Shown one piece after another: positions 48,270 to 59,003 of a DNA stretch of 64,000 nt. The notes under the pieces are model-generated. The model did no database searches. It was not told where the DNA came from and was given only the letters and a program-made list of their open reading frames with translations. Every line of letters starts with the position of its first letter. Positions within the stretch are counted from its first letter, which is position 1. The translations under genes were made by a program, and so were the position numbers. The stretch is from Flavobacteriaceae bacterium (GTDB lineage: Bacteria > Bacteroidota > Bacteroidia > Flavobacteriales > Flavobacteriaceae), in contig JAPORT010000050.1 in NCBI GenBank assembly GCA_026710085.1, forward strand, positions 3,227 through 67,226. The letters run 5' to 3'.

Positions 48270-49415
48270 TTAGGCTGGTTGATGCACCTTCATCAAGACA
48301 TTTTGATACACTTTTTCATATGCTTTAATCACATGCGTGACGTCAAATCTTTTTGCATTTTCAAAAGCTTGGTCTTTGTATGTTTTGTGGTTGTGAGGGT
48401 TTGACAAAATAGCTAAAGCCCCCTGAGCCATTCCATCGATATCGCCTACCGGAAAGGTTAACCCGGAAAATTCATGTTGATTCACTTCAGGGAGACCACC
48501 AACATTTGTAGAGACCACAGGGACTTTGTAAAGCATGGCCTCAAGAGCTGCCAAACCAAAACTTTCTGATTCTGATGGTAATAAAAACAAATCCGATAAA
48601 CAAAGGATCCTTTGAATTTCAGAACTCTGACCTAAAAACATCACATCGTTCAATAAATTTCTGTTTTTACAGTATTGATAGGCTTTTTTCCGATCGGGGC
48701 CATCACCAACCATCAAGAGTTTGACGGATAATTGTTCTTTAACTTTTTGAAATATTTTAATCACATCAATCACCCTTTTTAATGGTCTAAAATTGCTGAT
48801 ATGCGTGATGATTTTTTTGTTGACATCAGATTCGATCATTCTTCGATCACACTTTATTTGATGGTCTAAGCCTTTTTTGATGTCGATGAAATTGGGAATT
48901 ACTTCGATTGTTTGATTGAGGTTGAAAAGCTGGAATGTTTCTTCTTTCAAACTATTGGAAACTGCAGTTACAGCATCCGAATGATTGATTGAAAAAGTAA
49001 CGGCTGGCTTGTATAACTGACTTTTTCCAACGAGCGTAATATCGGTTCCATGTAATGTGGTAACTATGGGAATGCTCATTCCGAAATCTTCTAGCATTTT
49101 TCGAGCCATATAAGCTGCATATGCATGAGGAATCGCATAGTGAACATGAAGCAATTCAATCTGATATTTTTGAATGACTTCCACGAGCTTACTCGATAAG
49201 GCCAATTCATATGGCTGATAACGAAACAAAGCATATTGGGGTACATCGACTTCGTGAAAGTGTATGTTGGCACTGAGCTCTTCCAACCTCACTGGATGGG
49301 AGTAAGTAACAAAATGAACCTCATGACCTTTTGTTCGAGACAACGCCTTGCCCAATTCGGTAGCAACGACACCACTCCCACCAAATGTAGGATAACAAAC
49401 AATAGCGATTTTCAA
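48270..49415 (-). CDS. bshA: N-acetyl-alpha-D-glucosaminyl L-malate synthase (GT4, bacillithiol biosynthesis)
   Basis: MKIAIVCYPTFGGSGVVATELGKAL N-terminus and GT4 E-x7-E region (SESESFGLAALEAM). Confidence 0.75.
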   Translation of the reverse strand: MKIAIVCYPTFGGSGVVATELGKALSRTKGHEVHFVTYSHPVRLEELSANIHFHEVDVPQYALFRYQPYELALSSKLVEVIQKYQIELLHVHYAIPHAYAAYMARKMLEDFGMSIPIVTTLHGTDITLVGKSQLYKPAVTFSINHSDAVTAVSNSLKEETFQLFNLNQTIEVIPNFIDIKKGLDHQIKCDRRMIESDVNKKIITHISNFRPLKRVIDVIKIFQKVKEQLSVKLLMVGDGPDRKKAYQYCKNRNLLNDVMFLGQSSEIQRILCLSDLFLLPSESESFGLAALEAMLYKVPVVSTNVGGLPEVNQHEFSGLTFPVGDIDGMAQGALAILSNPHNHKTYKDQAFENAKRFDVTHVIKAYEKVYQNVLMKVHQPA

Positions 49416-49416
49416 C

Positions 49417-52335
49417 TTATTTTTTTTCTATTAGAGCATCATAGACCAATTGGTGCATGCGTGGTCGTACGTAGTTTTTGGAAATTAACGTATTGTTCAT
49501 TGTAGGAAACGTCCGATTTGATAAAAAGACAAAGATTAAATCATACTGGGGGTCAGCCCAAGCGAAGGTTCCAGTAAACCCATAATGGCCAAAGCTTAAG
49601 TCTGATGCATCTCCAGCCGTATTGAATCTTTTTTGATTGATTTTTCTTTTTTTATCGAATCCAAGGGCTCGATCATTCTGATGATCTTTATAATGCCTGG
49701 TATTGAATAGATCAAAGGTCGCCGCATCAAAATACTGCTGATTTAAAATTTTCCCTTTGTTTAAAAATAGATTCATGATCACGGCAACATCTTTTGCATT
49801 AGCAAATAATCCAGCATGAGCACCCACACCTCCCATTAAAGCAGCTGTCATATCATGGACATATCCATCAACAATGCCATATCTAAAATAATCATCTAAT
49901 TCTGAAGGAATGATTTGATCATCTGGAAAATACAAATGAGGATTATAACTCATTTGCATAAGTCCTAAGGGCTGAATAATGCGTTGCCACACTAAATCAT
50001 CAAATGACTGAACGTACGTATCCTCAAAATAATCCATCAAAAGAATGAATCCTAAATCAGAATAGCGGTACATCGGTTTTGATATTAAGTCCGAAGTATA
50101 AACTTCTTGAAGTATCTCTTGTGTGTAGTCTGTATGTAAAAATAATCCATCATAAACCATTATAGGGTAATCCTCCTTGTAATATGGACTGTACAGACTA
50201 GTTAAAGGTTTTTTATGGATGCTATCCAATGTTTTGAGATAAAAGGGAATCCAAGACTGTAATCCCGTATGATGTGATAAAATTTGCTTCACCGACAAAT
50301 CGCTTTTGTTGGTATGAACCGCCCTTGGGTTTAGATTCTTTAGTTGATCCTCAAGTCTTAATTTTCCATGACTGACTTCTTGCATGACCAATGGAACTGT
50401 TGCCAAAATTTTGGTCAATGAAGCCAAATCAAACAAGTGATGGTTTTCTACACGAATCTCTTGAGCATAGGTATGGGTTCCAAAGCTTTTATTATAAACG
50501 ACTTTTCCCTTTCGTGCCACCAAAAGTTGCAAACCAGGCGTCACCATCGAATCAATGATCATTTCAGCAAATTGATCCAACCGATTTAATTTTTGGGGAT
50601 GAAATCCAAGATCGAGGGGATCTGCATAAGGCATACTTTTCGTCGCTTGTAGTTCAATACCCAAGCCTATCTTAATTTCCTTTGAAGGAGATACTGGTAA
50701 TTTTCCAAGAATCGAACTGTATCCCATTAAAGCATCAGCGGCAATTTTTTGAGCTTCTGCTGAATTTTGATAAGCAACCAAAATCGATTCCAACTCATTA
50801 GGTGCATTTAATTGACCCAAAGCATAGGGACTTGTAAAACTGACCAAGACAACTTGAAATTTTTGACTTAATTTCCAAATTTGGTTCAATTCATTTTCAC
50901 TGAATCGATAATCGACATAAGGAGTATGATTTTTTTTGTGATACGCAATAACAACCGTGTCAACACTAGCATTTTCAGAATCCATAGACTCTAATTGTTG
51001 ACCATTGAGTTCTTCAAGGGTTGCATAGTTGGAAAGTTGTTGTTTAAAAATAGTCCCATCTCCATCACCTATTTTGAAATAGCCTATCGAAGTGAATTCT
51101 TCGAATGGAACTAGATTTTTTTTGTTGTGAACTAATGTCATCGCATTTTTTATCGCCTTTTCGTACAATGTTTGATCGATTGGTGGATTGATCTCTTGTA
51201 TCAAATTTTTGGGATCAATTGCTTTGTAATGATGAAGCCCAACTTTGTATTTGGCTTTTAAAATCTTTTTGACAGAATAAGCCAATCGTTGCTGGGTTAT
51301 TTCGCCTGATTTTACAGCATCCACAATGGATTGAATCCCCCAAGGAATATCATTCGAAATCAATAAAACATCATTCCCGGCTTGAAAGGCCATTTTATCC
51401 ATTCCTTTAGCAGGTGCATACATGGTTGCTCCTTTCATATTCAATGCATCTGTTAAAATCAATCCTTTGAAGTTTAATTCTGATTTTAATAAATTGGTGA
51501 TGACTTTTTTTGATAGGGAAGTTGGCACAACTGAATCAGTTAAACTCGGAACATTTAGATGAGCTACCATCACCGAGGGAAGACCCTGTTCGATCAATTT
51601 TTTATAAGGATAAATCTCGATGTTTTCAATATGTTTTTTCGTATGTGAAATCGTGGGTAACGTGAGATGCGAGTCTGCATCAGTATCGCCATGTCCGGGA
51701 AAATGTTTTCCAGTCGTTAACACCCCTGCTTTATGGTGTCCTTTCATATAGGCTAAAGCTGTCTCTGTAACCCTTTTTTTAGACTCGCCGAAAGATCGAT
51801 TGCCAATGATTGGATTATTAGGATTTGTGTTCACATCGAGTACTGGCCCATGGTTCATGTGAATCCCTAGCCGTTTGGCATGTTTTCCCATTTGGTATGC
51901 AATTTTTTCAATCAATTCTAAATCTTGTATGGCACCTAAAGTCATGGCCCATGGAAAATCGATGACCGAATCCAGTCTCATGCCAATACCCCACTCAGCA
52001 TCCATTGTAATTAATAAAGGCACTTTCGATTGGGCTTGGAATTCATTGAGCCATTGGGTTTGATTTAAGGGCCCACCTCTCGAAAAAATAATTCCACCAA
52101 TATGATTTTCTTGAATTAATTTTATGGTTGAATCAAACTCTTGTTGGTTTTCAGAAAAAACCATAGGAACAAATAACTGGCCCACTTTTTCTTCAAGCGT
52201 TAGGCCACGATAAATGCTGTCGACCCAGAATTTTTGCTTTTCTTGATGAGCCTCCCCAACAACTAAAAGGGGATCAACCACCTGAGAAAAAATACCGATG
52301 GGAACTAATACGATACTTAAGAAAAATCTCATCAC
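49417..52335 (-). CDS. GH3 beta-N-acetylglucosaminidase (NagZ-like) fused to a serine beta-lactamase/PBP-like domain
   Basis: GH3 motifs KHFPGHGDT and ITDAL-like LILTDALNM. The C-terminal half has an SxxK (ASLTK) beta-lactamase-fold motif. Signal peptide present. Confidence 0.85.
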   Translation of the reverse strand: MMRFFLSIVLVPIGIFSQVVDPLLVVGEAHQEKQKFWVDSIYRGLTLEEKVGQLFVPMVFSENQQEFDSTIKLIQENHIGGIIFSRGGPLNQTQWLNEFQAQSKVPLLITMDAEWGIGMRLDSVIDFPWAMTLGAIQDLELIEKIAYQMGKHAKRLGIHMNHGPVLDVNTNPNNPIIGNRSFGESKKRVTETALAYMKGHHKAGVLTTGKHFPGHGDTDADSHLTLPTISHTKKHIENIEIYPYKKLIEQGLPSVMVAHLNVPSLTDSVVPTSLSKKVITNLLKSELNFKGLILTDALNMKGATMYAPAKGMDKMAFQAGNDVLLISNDIPWGIQSIVDAVKSGEITQQRLAYSVKKILKAKYKVGLHHYKAIDPKNLIQEINPPIDQTLYEKAIKNAMTLVHNKKNLVPFEEFTSIGYFKIGDGDGTIFKQQLSNYATLEELNGQQLESMDSENASVDTVVIAYHKKNHTPYVDYRFSENELNQIWKLSQKFQVVLVSFTSPYALGQLNAPNELESILVAYQNSAEAQKIAADALMGYSSILGKLPVSPSKEIKIGLGIELQATKSMPYADPLDLGFHPQKLNRLDQFAEMIIDSMVTPGLQLLVARKGKVVYNKSFGTHTYAQEIRVENHHLFDLASLTKILATVPLVMQEVSHGKLRLEDQLKNLNPRAVHTNKSDLSVKQILSHHTGLQSWIPFYLKTLDSIHKKPLTSLYSPYYKEDYPIMVYDGLFLHTDYTQEILQEVYTSDLISKPMYRYSDLGFILLMDYFEDTYVQSFDDLVWQRIIQPLGLMQMSYNPHLYFPDDQIIPSELDDYFRYGIVDGYVHDMTAALMGGVGAHAGLFANAKDVAVIMNLFLNKGKILNQQYFDAATFDLFNTRHYKDHQNDRALGFDKKRKINQKRFNTAGDASDLSFGHYGFTGTFAWADPQYDLIFVFLSNRTFPTMNNTLISKNYVRPRMHQLVYDALIEKK

Positions 52336-52817
52336 GTCAAATAACGATTATGCCAACTTTTTTCTATGGATACTTTCCAATGCGTCAGTAATTCTTTTTT
52401 TGAAGAAATCAAATTATTAAATACCTGAGTTGATTGGTTGATTTCGTTCTTTTCAATTAATTCTTGAAACTCATTGAGTTGCACTATTCGAATTTTTCCA
52501 TTTGATTGAAAAGCCACATGGGTTCGATCTAAGAGCGTTCCACCAATTTTCTTTTCAATTCGTTGGACGGCATGCATCATAGCATCTATGGAACATCCAC
52601 TAGCTGTTTGATTTTGATCCAAACCTATGATGACAAACAAATCATGGAGTATGATGAATCCAGCATGAAGCGATTCTTGATGAGAAATCCAAGATCCTAA
52701 CAACCGATTTAATTCGAAGTTAATGCTGTTGATTTGTTGAGGACTCAAAAATTGATTCGATTGAAATATCCAAATTCTAGAATCCTCAGGAAGAGAATGA
52801 AACGAACGCAACATCAA
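52332..52817 (-). CDS. conserved hypothetical protein
   Basis: 161-aa ORF, 4-nt overlap with the downstream gene; no motif recognised. Confidence 0.5.
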   Translation of the reverse strand: MMLRSFHSLPEDSRIWIFQSNQFLSPQQINSINFELNRLLGSWISHQESLHAGFIILHDLFVIIGLDQNQTASGCSIDAMMHAVQRIEKKIGGTLLDRTHVAFQSNGKIRIVQLNEFQELIEKNEINQSTQVFNNLISSKKELLTHWKVSIEKSWHNRYLT

Positions 52818-52886
52818 TCAATTTCTGAAAATAAATCTTGTAGAATATCCCAAATGAAATTCACAACAATATGACGAATCTAGAAT

Positions 52887-53321
52887 TTAATCGTCGAAAA
52901 CCTCTATGGTAACTTCTTTTTGAACAAGATCTGTAAACTTACCATTATAACGTGTTGCCCGAACCAAATGATTATCGATCCAATGGTAATTTCCACCTCT
53001 TGGTTTTCCCATCAACAGACTATGATACTTAAATCCATTTTGTTTTAACCATTTTTCGGTGACTTCTCGATGAGATTCCACTCTTGCAGTAAAAAAACAG
53101 ATTAAATGGCCTTGGTCATACCATCTGTTTAATGTTATGAGTGCGTCCGGATAAACTTTTGCGGTTTCCATTCGATGGGGTTCTTCATTTGGAATATCAT
53201 CACAAATAGTTCCATCGATATCGACTAGATAATTTTTGACGCCTTCTGGAAGAACAGGACTAACTGTTAAACCTTCTTCAACCTTTTGATGCAATAAATT
53301 TTCTGCTTCTTTTCGATCCAT
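52887..53321 (-). CDS. HAD-superfamily phosphatase-like protein
   Basis: DxDGT motif (LVDIDGTICDD) and a downstream ...FFTAR... segment. Confidence 0.55.
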   Translation of the reverse strand: MDRKEAENLLHQKVEEGLTVSPVLPEGVKNYLVDIDGTICDDIPNEEPHRMETAKVYPDALITLNRWYDQGHLICFFTARVESHREVTEKWLKQNGFKYHSLLMGKPRGGNYHWIDNHLVRATRYNGKFTDLVQKEVTIEVFDD

Positions 53322-53365
53322 TTTGTAGTCTTGAATAAAATTTATGTCGTCTTTTAGATTACAAT

Positions 53366-54301
53366 CTATTGATTTTTTGATTTTGCTTTATCTCGCCGTC
53401 CGAATAGTGAAAAATGAACATATCTTTTAGGATTTGACTGTAAATCGAGCATTAATCCATTGAGGATTTGGGTCGTTTGATTTAAGTTATCGTAAAGACT
53501 TGGATCGGTAAGTAATTGACCCATTGTTCCTTCTTTCGATTGCATTTGACTCACCATTGTATCAACATCTCCAATAAGATCATTCATTTTGGATACTGTT
53601 TTATTGATGTTTATTTCGATTAACGAATCCGAAAGTGCTTTCATGTTTTGCGAAGCTTCAGCAACATTGGAAATCGTTTGATTGATCGCATCTTGATTTT
53701 TTCTAACGCCGGTAATAATTTCACCAGACAGTTGATTGACATTATCCACTAGTAATGTAAAATCCTCAAGCGCATTTCTGAGTTTCACTTGTCCTGTATC
53801 ATCAAAGACATTGTTAAAACCAATCACTAAAGAATCCAAACTAGTAATTAGGTTTTCAAGTTTGGTTTGAAGTGGTGCAAATTGATCATTGATTAATGCT
53901 GTTAAAACAGGTTTAATCACAGAAGGTAATACATCTCCATGTTGGATGACCTCGGAGTCGTACAATGGAATGATTTGGATTGCACGACCACCAATCAAAC
54001 TCGTTTCATAAAGAATAGCCGTACTATTTTTCGAAAATTCTAGATCGGATCGAATATTCATCTCCACCTTTAAAGCAGAATAATCTTCTGAAAAATCGAT
54101 ATCGGTAACCGAACCCACTGAAAATCCATTAACCGTCACTTTGGCACCAATGCCTAGCCCTTCCACATTTTCAAAATAACTATAAATCTTTTTTGAACTC
54201 GATAAAATAAAATTATTTCTTAAAAAAGAATAACCGATAACAAACAAGGCGATTCCTGCAATAAAAATGAATGTGATTTTGACTTCTTTAGAAAGTTTCA
54301 A
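53366..54301 (-). CDS. MlaD/MCE-domain protein
   Basis: N-terminal TM anchor, MCE fold (GLGIGAKVTVNGFSVGSVTDI), long helical C-terminus. Confidence 0.75.
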   Translation of the reverse strand: MKLSKEVKITFIFIAGIALFVIGYSFLRNNFILSSSKKIYSYFENVEGLGIGAKVTVNGFSVGSVTDIDFSEDYSALKVEMNIRSDLEFSKNSTAILYETSLIGGRAIQIIPLYDSEVIQHGDVLPSVIKPVLTALINDQFAPLQTKLENLITSLDSLVIGFNNVFDDTGQVKLRNALEDFTLLVDNVNQLSGEIITGVRKNQDAINQTISNVAEASQNMKALSDSLIEININKTVSKMNDLIGDVDTMVSQMQSKEGTMGQLLTDPSLYDNLNQTTQILNGLMLDLQSNPKRYVHFSLFGRRDKAKSKNQ

Positions 54302-54727
54302 AGCTTTTAAGATGAGAACAAAATTACTAATTAATTGACATGGAATGTCTGATGTCTCATTGCATCATGAAGTTACTGAAGCAGACTCTATTCTTGGAGC
54401 AAGTATTGGTCAAACTGATTCGTCGATTCGATAGATCTCTGCCTTGATATCTTCAAAATTTCGTCATTAAGAATAAATACAAGAGTAACATATACCATCC
54501 GTATTCCATTGTTTGACTATGAGTGTTCTTTGTAATCATCTCATGATCCATATCGATGATGAAACATAACGATATCAAACCTATTTCTCAAACTATTTGT
54601 TCTTAACAAAGAAAAGAATATGTGGCAACAACCCCTAAAAAAAACCTGATATCGCAACAAAAATTTATTGCACTATGTGGTTGAACATGACACAAATAAT
54701 TTGTCATAAACTTTTCATTGCATCGAT

Positions 54728-55843
54728 TCAATACCATTCTTTGGTTCGCTTCCCATCGATGAATTTAACAACACCAGCATCTTTAAACCCTCTACTAATG
54801 GCATCATTTTTAAATCGATTAGCTTGTTCATGAGAACGTGTCATACCGTAATAATAGCGTATCAGATTATTGTATCGTTCTTTGGATATGGGCGATAATT
54901 CCTTAAAATAAGAGTCATAAGGGCTTCTATTTATTTTTGATACAAGAAGTTGAACACGATAACTCACGCCTTGAGAATAATCTTCGATTTCTGCTGGATT
55001 GGAGCTCTGGGTTCCCCCTAGAGTCGAAGTATTATTATGGACCCAATCTCGATAATCGACAATGGCATCTGCGACTGCTTTGGCAATTTCCATCTGGCCA
55101 GAATATGACTTTAAGTATTTGGCATCATTCGAATTGGTTAAAAATCCGGTTTCAAGTAAAACACTAGGAACATTGGTTTGATGCAAGACTAAAAATCCAG
55201 CTTGCTTGATGTCTCTTACTTTTCTTTTTAAGTCAAATTCAACTCGATCATGGATGAATTTGGCTGCCATAATGCTTTTTTCATGGTAATCTTGTTGAAC
55301 ATCATGAAGTGCAATGACTGTTTCGGGATCATTAGGACTAAAACCGGGATAGTTTTCTTCATGTCCATCTTCTAAAAAAACGACTGAATTTTCATGTTTC
55401 GCTACTTCATAATTTCTTTTATTGACATGAGTTCCCATCACAAAAGCATGGGTTCCTTGAATGCCCGGATTTCTGATAGCGTCACAATGAACCGAAATAA
55501 ATAAGTCGGCTCCTGCTTTATTATCTGCTCTTTTTATTTCATTGGCTATCTGGGCTCTTCGCCATAATTCGACAAATTGATCTGACCGACGAGTTAAAAT
55601 AACTTGAATCCCTTTATGATCTTTTAATTGAGCTTCTATTTTCTGACTGATTGAAAGAACCAAATCTTTTTCTTTTGCACCAAAAGCCATTGCTCCAGGA
55701 TCCTTTCCCCCATGGCCAGGGTCAACAACAACCACAAATGAATTATCTGTAGGAGTTTGAGCATCTACGCCATAGCATAAAGCTAAATGAAACCCAATCA
55801 CCAGTCCCCAAAAAAATAATTTCTTCTTATTTTGAATCCTCAT
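54728..55843 (-). CDS. N-acetylmuramoyl-L-alanine amidase (Amidase_3) with C-terminal SPOR-like domain
   Basis: VVVDPGHGGKDPGA, ISVHCDA, VLLETGFLTN. The C-terminus YRVQLLVS...FKDAGVV is SPOR-like. Confidence 0.9.
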   Translation of the reverse strand: MRIQNKKKLFFWGLVIGFHLALCYGVDAQTPTDNSFVVVVDPGHGGKDPGAMAFGAKEKDLVLSISQKIEAQLKDHKGIQVILTRRSDQFVELWRRAQIANEIKRADNKAGADLFISVHCDAIRNPGIQGTHAFVMGTHVNKRNYEVAKHENSVVFLEDGHEENYPGFSPNDPETVIALHDVQQDYHEKSIMAAKFIHDRVEFDLKRKVRDIKQAGFLVLHQTNVPSVLLETGFLTNSNDAKYLKSYSGQMEIAKAVADAIVDYRDWVHNNTSTLGGTQSSNPAEIEDYSQGVSYRVQLLVSKINRSPYDSYFKELSPISKERYNNLIRYYYGMTRSHEQANRFKNDAISRGFKDAGVVKFIDGKRTKEWY

Positions 55844-55925
55844 GGTCGATGAATGATAGGCAAAATTAATCCTTAATTTTATTGCCCCATTAACGGCGAT
55901 TAAAAAAGCTTCAATCTGTGATGGT

Positions 55926-58601
55926 TTGTTGATTCGATTCTATTTTTTAACCTTATTGATGCTTCTCTTTTTCCCAATTGCAGGTATTGCCAATGAATAT
56001 GAGTCCTTGAAATTCTTTCAAGTACAACAAGATACCATTCCAAAAATTATTTCCGATTCAATTCCAGAAGCCCAACAAATCGAACAAACGCCTCTGATTA
56101 ATGATCAAATTGATTATACCGCCAAGGAATATGTACAAATCGATCGAGTTCAAAACAAGCTGTATCTCTATGATCAAGCCGAATTATATTATCAAGATAC
56201 CGAACTAAAAGCAGGCGTTATTGTCATGGATTTTGGTCTCAATGAAGTTTATGCTGGTCGAATAGCCGACTCAGCAGGAAATTTGGTGCAATCACCTTCA
56301 TTCAAACAGGCTGATAATTTAATTAACCCCGATTCCATAAGGTATAATTTTGATACTGAAAAGGCCCTGATTTGGAATTCAAAGTCTGGTCAAAATGGAA
56401 TGGATGTATTTGCTCGATTGACAAAGAAAGAAAATGATTCAGTATTTTATCTCAGAGATGCAAGAGTTTCAACCGCGGGACAACTTCTAGGAAATTTAAC
56501 CGAAGGATTAGATTATTATTTTCGAGTTCGAAAAGCCAAAGTCATTCCAGGCAAACAAATCATTACTGGTTTTGCCAACATGATTATTGCTGATATTCCC
56601 ACTCCTGTGGCAGTCCCTTTTGCTTACTTTCCGACCCAAACAAAACAAGAATCAGGATTTTTATTTCCATCCATTGGTGAAAGTGTCAACCAAGGATTTC
56701 ATATTCAAAACGGGGGATATCACTTTGCATTATCAGATTATTATGATTTGACATTAACAGGGGATTATTATACCAATGGAAGTTTTGGGATTCGATCCAA
56801 CACGCAATACATCAAGCGCTATAAGTTTTCTGGAAACTTTTCATTTCGCTATGAACGAAACATCACTGAAGAAAGAGGTTTACCCAATTATTCCAAATCG
56901 AGTGTCTTTAATGTTCGATGGTCTCATCGAAAAGATCGTAAATCAAATCCAAGTTCCAATTTTTCTGCTTCAGTTAATTTTGGAAGTAGCAATTATTTTA
57001 GAGAATCACTAAACCAACTCAATTCTCCAAATTTCCTCAATAATGACTTAAGCTCTTCGATTGCGTACACCAAAACTTTCCCTGCCTATCCCCGTGTCAA
57101 TCTTTCATTTAACGCTAACTTATCCCAAAATTCACGATCCATGAGAGTGAATATGACACTGCCTACCTTTCAAGGAAATATGGAAAGAATATTTCCATTT
57201 GCCCCAAAAACAGGATCTAAAAAAGGGATTTTAGAAAATATCAATTTTCAATACACAACAAAATTTGAAAATCGAATCATCACTGATGAAGATCAAATGT
57301 TTAAAAAGGGGATGTTTGAAGACGCACGTTATGGAGCCACTCATACCGTTCCCATATCGACTAATTTTAAAGTCATGAAATATCTAAGTGTCACCGTTGG
57401 GTCTAATATCAAAGAAGTATGGACGCCCACAACCATTCGATATCAAGATTTTGATCTTGCCGAAAACGCTGCTATCAAAGACACGATTTCTGGATTTGAC
57501 CGATTTACAAGCTATAATATATCGGCAAGTGTTGGCACGACTATTTATGGAACCGTTAATTTTGGATTGGAGAATAAAATTCAGTCCATCAGACACACCA
57601 TGAGGCCATCCATTTCTTATTCTCAACGGCCCAGTTCAGAACGTTATTATGATACTTATATTATCGATGCTGATGGAAATACCGCTGATTACACACGATT
57701 TGAAGGTGGTTTATTTGGAGCTCCTTCTAAATCGAAATCAAATTCAATGAATCTTTCTATCAGCAATTTATTTGAAGCCAAAGTTCGGGATCGAGATTCG
57801 ACAGCTACGGAACCCAAAAAGATCACTCTTATAAAAAATCTCAATATTTCCACATCCTATAATTTCAATGCCGAAGAATTTAAACTAGCTCCAATCCGAA
57901 TGACGGCTGGGTTTGATATGATTCAAAATAAACTAGGCATGAACTTAGGAGCCACATTTGATCCTTACGCATTAGACGAAAATAATGTGCGAATTCCTGA
58001 ATTCAATATTAATTCAGGAGGTGGATTATTACGATTAACGAGTCTCAACGGAAATTTTGATTTTAATATTAGTAGTGAATTTTTTCAATCCAAAAGAGAT
58101 TCAGATACCCAAGAATCTGACCAAGAGTCATTGGATAATTCTCAGCAAGAAAGTGCCTTTGGAGGTGGAAGATCTGATGACTTATTCGGTAGAGCTCAAG
58201 ACTTTACCAATCGAAATTTTTCCCAAGATGATGGAAAAGAAGCTCCAAAATACCCTTCATTCCGGACTCGAATTCCATGGGATTTAAGAATCGCCTATAC
58301 CCTAACCTATCTCAATTCAACAAGACAACGAAGGATTTCAAATAATTCACTAATGTTTTCTGGCAATGTTGATTTAACCCCTAAATGGCAAGTTGGCATC
58401 TCCTCTGGTTATGATTTTGAAGGAAAAGGCTTCACCTACACTCAACTCCGGTTTGAAAGAGATTTAGATAGTTGGCGTTTGAATTTTGACTGGGTCCCCT
58501 TTAGCGACCGAGCATCATGGTATTTTTTTATCGGTATTAAATCCGGATTATTAAAAGATATCAAATATGAAAAGCGAAGAGAACCTGATCGAAGATTTTA
58601 A
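55926..58601 (+). CDS. large outer-membrane protein, LptD-like (putative LPS assembly protein)
   Basis: 891 aa with signal peptide, N-terminal OstA-like region and extensive beta-strand pattern. Assignment is by size and architecture only. Confidence 0.6.
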   Translation: MLIRFYFLTLLMLLFFPIAGIANEYESLKFFQVQQDTIPKIISDSIPEAQQIEQTPLINDQIDYTAKEYVQIDRVQNKLYLYDQAELYYQDTELKAGVIVMDFGLNEVYAGRIADSAGNLVQSPSFKQADNLINPDSIRYNFDTEKALIWNSKSGQNGMDVFARLTKKENDSVFYLRDARVSTAGQLLGNLTEGLDYYFRVRKAKVIPGKQIITGFANMIIADIPTPVAVPFAYFPTQTKQESGFLFPSIGESVNQGFHIQNGGYHFALSDYYDLTLTGDYYTNGSFGIRSNTQYIKRYKFSGNFSFRYERNITEERGLPNYSKSSVFNVRWSHRKDRKSNPSSNFSASVNFGSSNYFRESLNQLNSPNFLNNDLSSSIAYTKTFPAYPRVNLSFNANLSQNSRSMRVNMTLPTFQGNMERIFPFAPKTGSKKGILENINFQYTTKFENRIITDEDQMFKKGMFEDARYGATHTVPISTNFKVMKYLSVTVGSNIKEVWTPTTIRYQDFDLAENAAIKDTISGFDRFTSYNISASVGTTIYGTVNFGLENKIQSIRHTMRPSISYSQRPSSERYYDTYIIDADGNTADYTRFEGGLFGAPSKSKSNSMNLSISNLFEAKVRDRDSTATEPKKITLIKNLNISTSYNFNAEEFKLAPIRMTAGFDMIQNKLGMNLGATFDPYALDENNVRIPEFNINSGGGLLRLTSLNGNFDFNISSEFFQSKRDSDTQESDQESLDNSQQESAFGGGRSDDLFGRAQDFTNRNFSQDDGKEAPKYPSFRTRIPWDLRIAYTLTYLNSTRQRRISNNSLMFSGNVDLTPKWQVGISSGYDFEGKGFTYTQLRFERDLDSWRLNFDWVPFSDRASWYFFIGIKSGLLKDIKYEKRREPDRRF

Positions 58602-58603
58602 AT

Positions 58604-58990
58604 ATGAAAAAAGTTTTATTTACACCTAAAGCCCCACAGCCCATTGGGCCCTATCGTCAAGGGATTCGAATCGGCAACACTCTTTACACTGCCGGGCAGA
58701 TTCCCATAGACACGGAAACTGGAGAGTTATTCGATGGGTCTATTGCAGACCAAACTCATTTGGTGATGAATCATCTCAATGAAATTTTGAAAGCTGGCAA
58801 CATGTCGTTTTCTCATGTGGTTAAATCCGTCATTTATTTGGAAACCATGGACGATTTTCAAACAGTCAATCGAATTTATGCTCAATATTTTGAAAACACA
58901 ACTCCACCCGTTCGAGAAACCGTTGCAGTTAAAACCCTACCTAAAAATGCAAAAATTGAAATTTCAATGATTGCGATTCAAGATGCATGA
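58604..58990 (+). CDS. ridA: RidA/YjgF family reactive-intermediate deaminase
   Basis: APQPIGPYRQG...YTAGQIP...PVRETVAVKTLPKNAKIEI is typical of RidA. Confidence 0.9.
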   Translation: MKKVLFTPKAPQPIGPYRQGIRIGNTLYTAGQIPIDTETGELFDGSIADQTHLVMNHLNEILKAGNMSFSHVVKSVIYLETMDDFQTVNRIYAQYFENTTPPVRETVAVKTLPKNAKIEISMIAIQDA

Positions 58991-59003
58991 GCTCCTTTTG
59001 AGA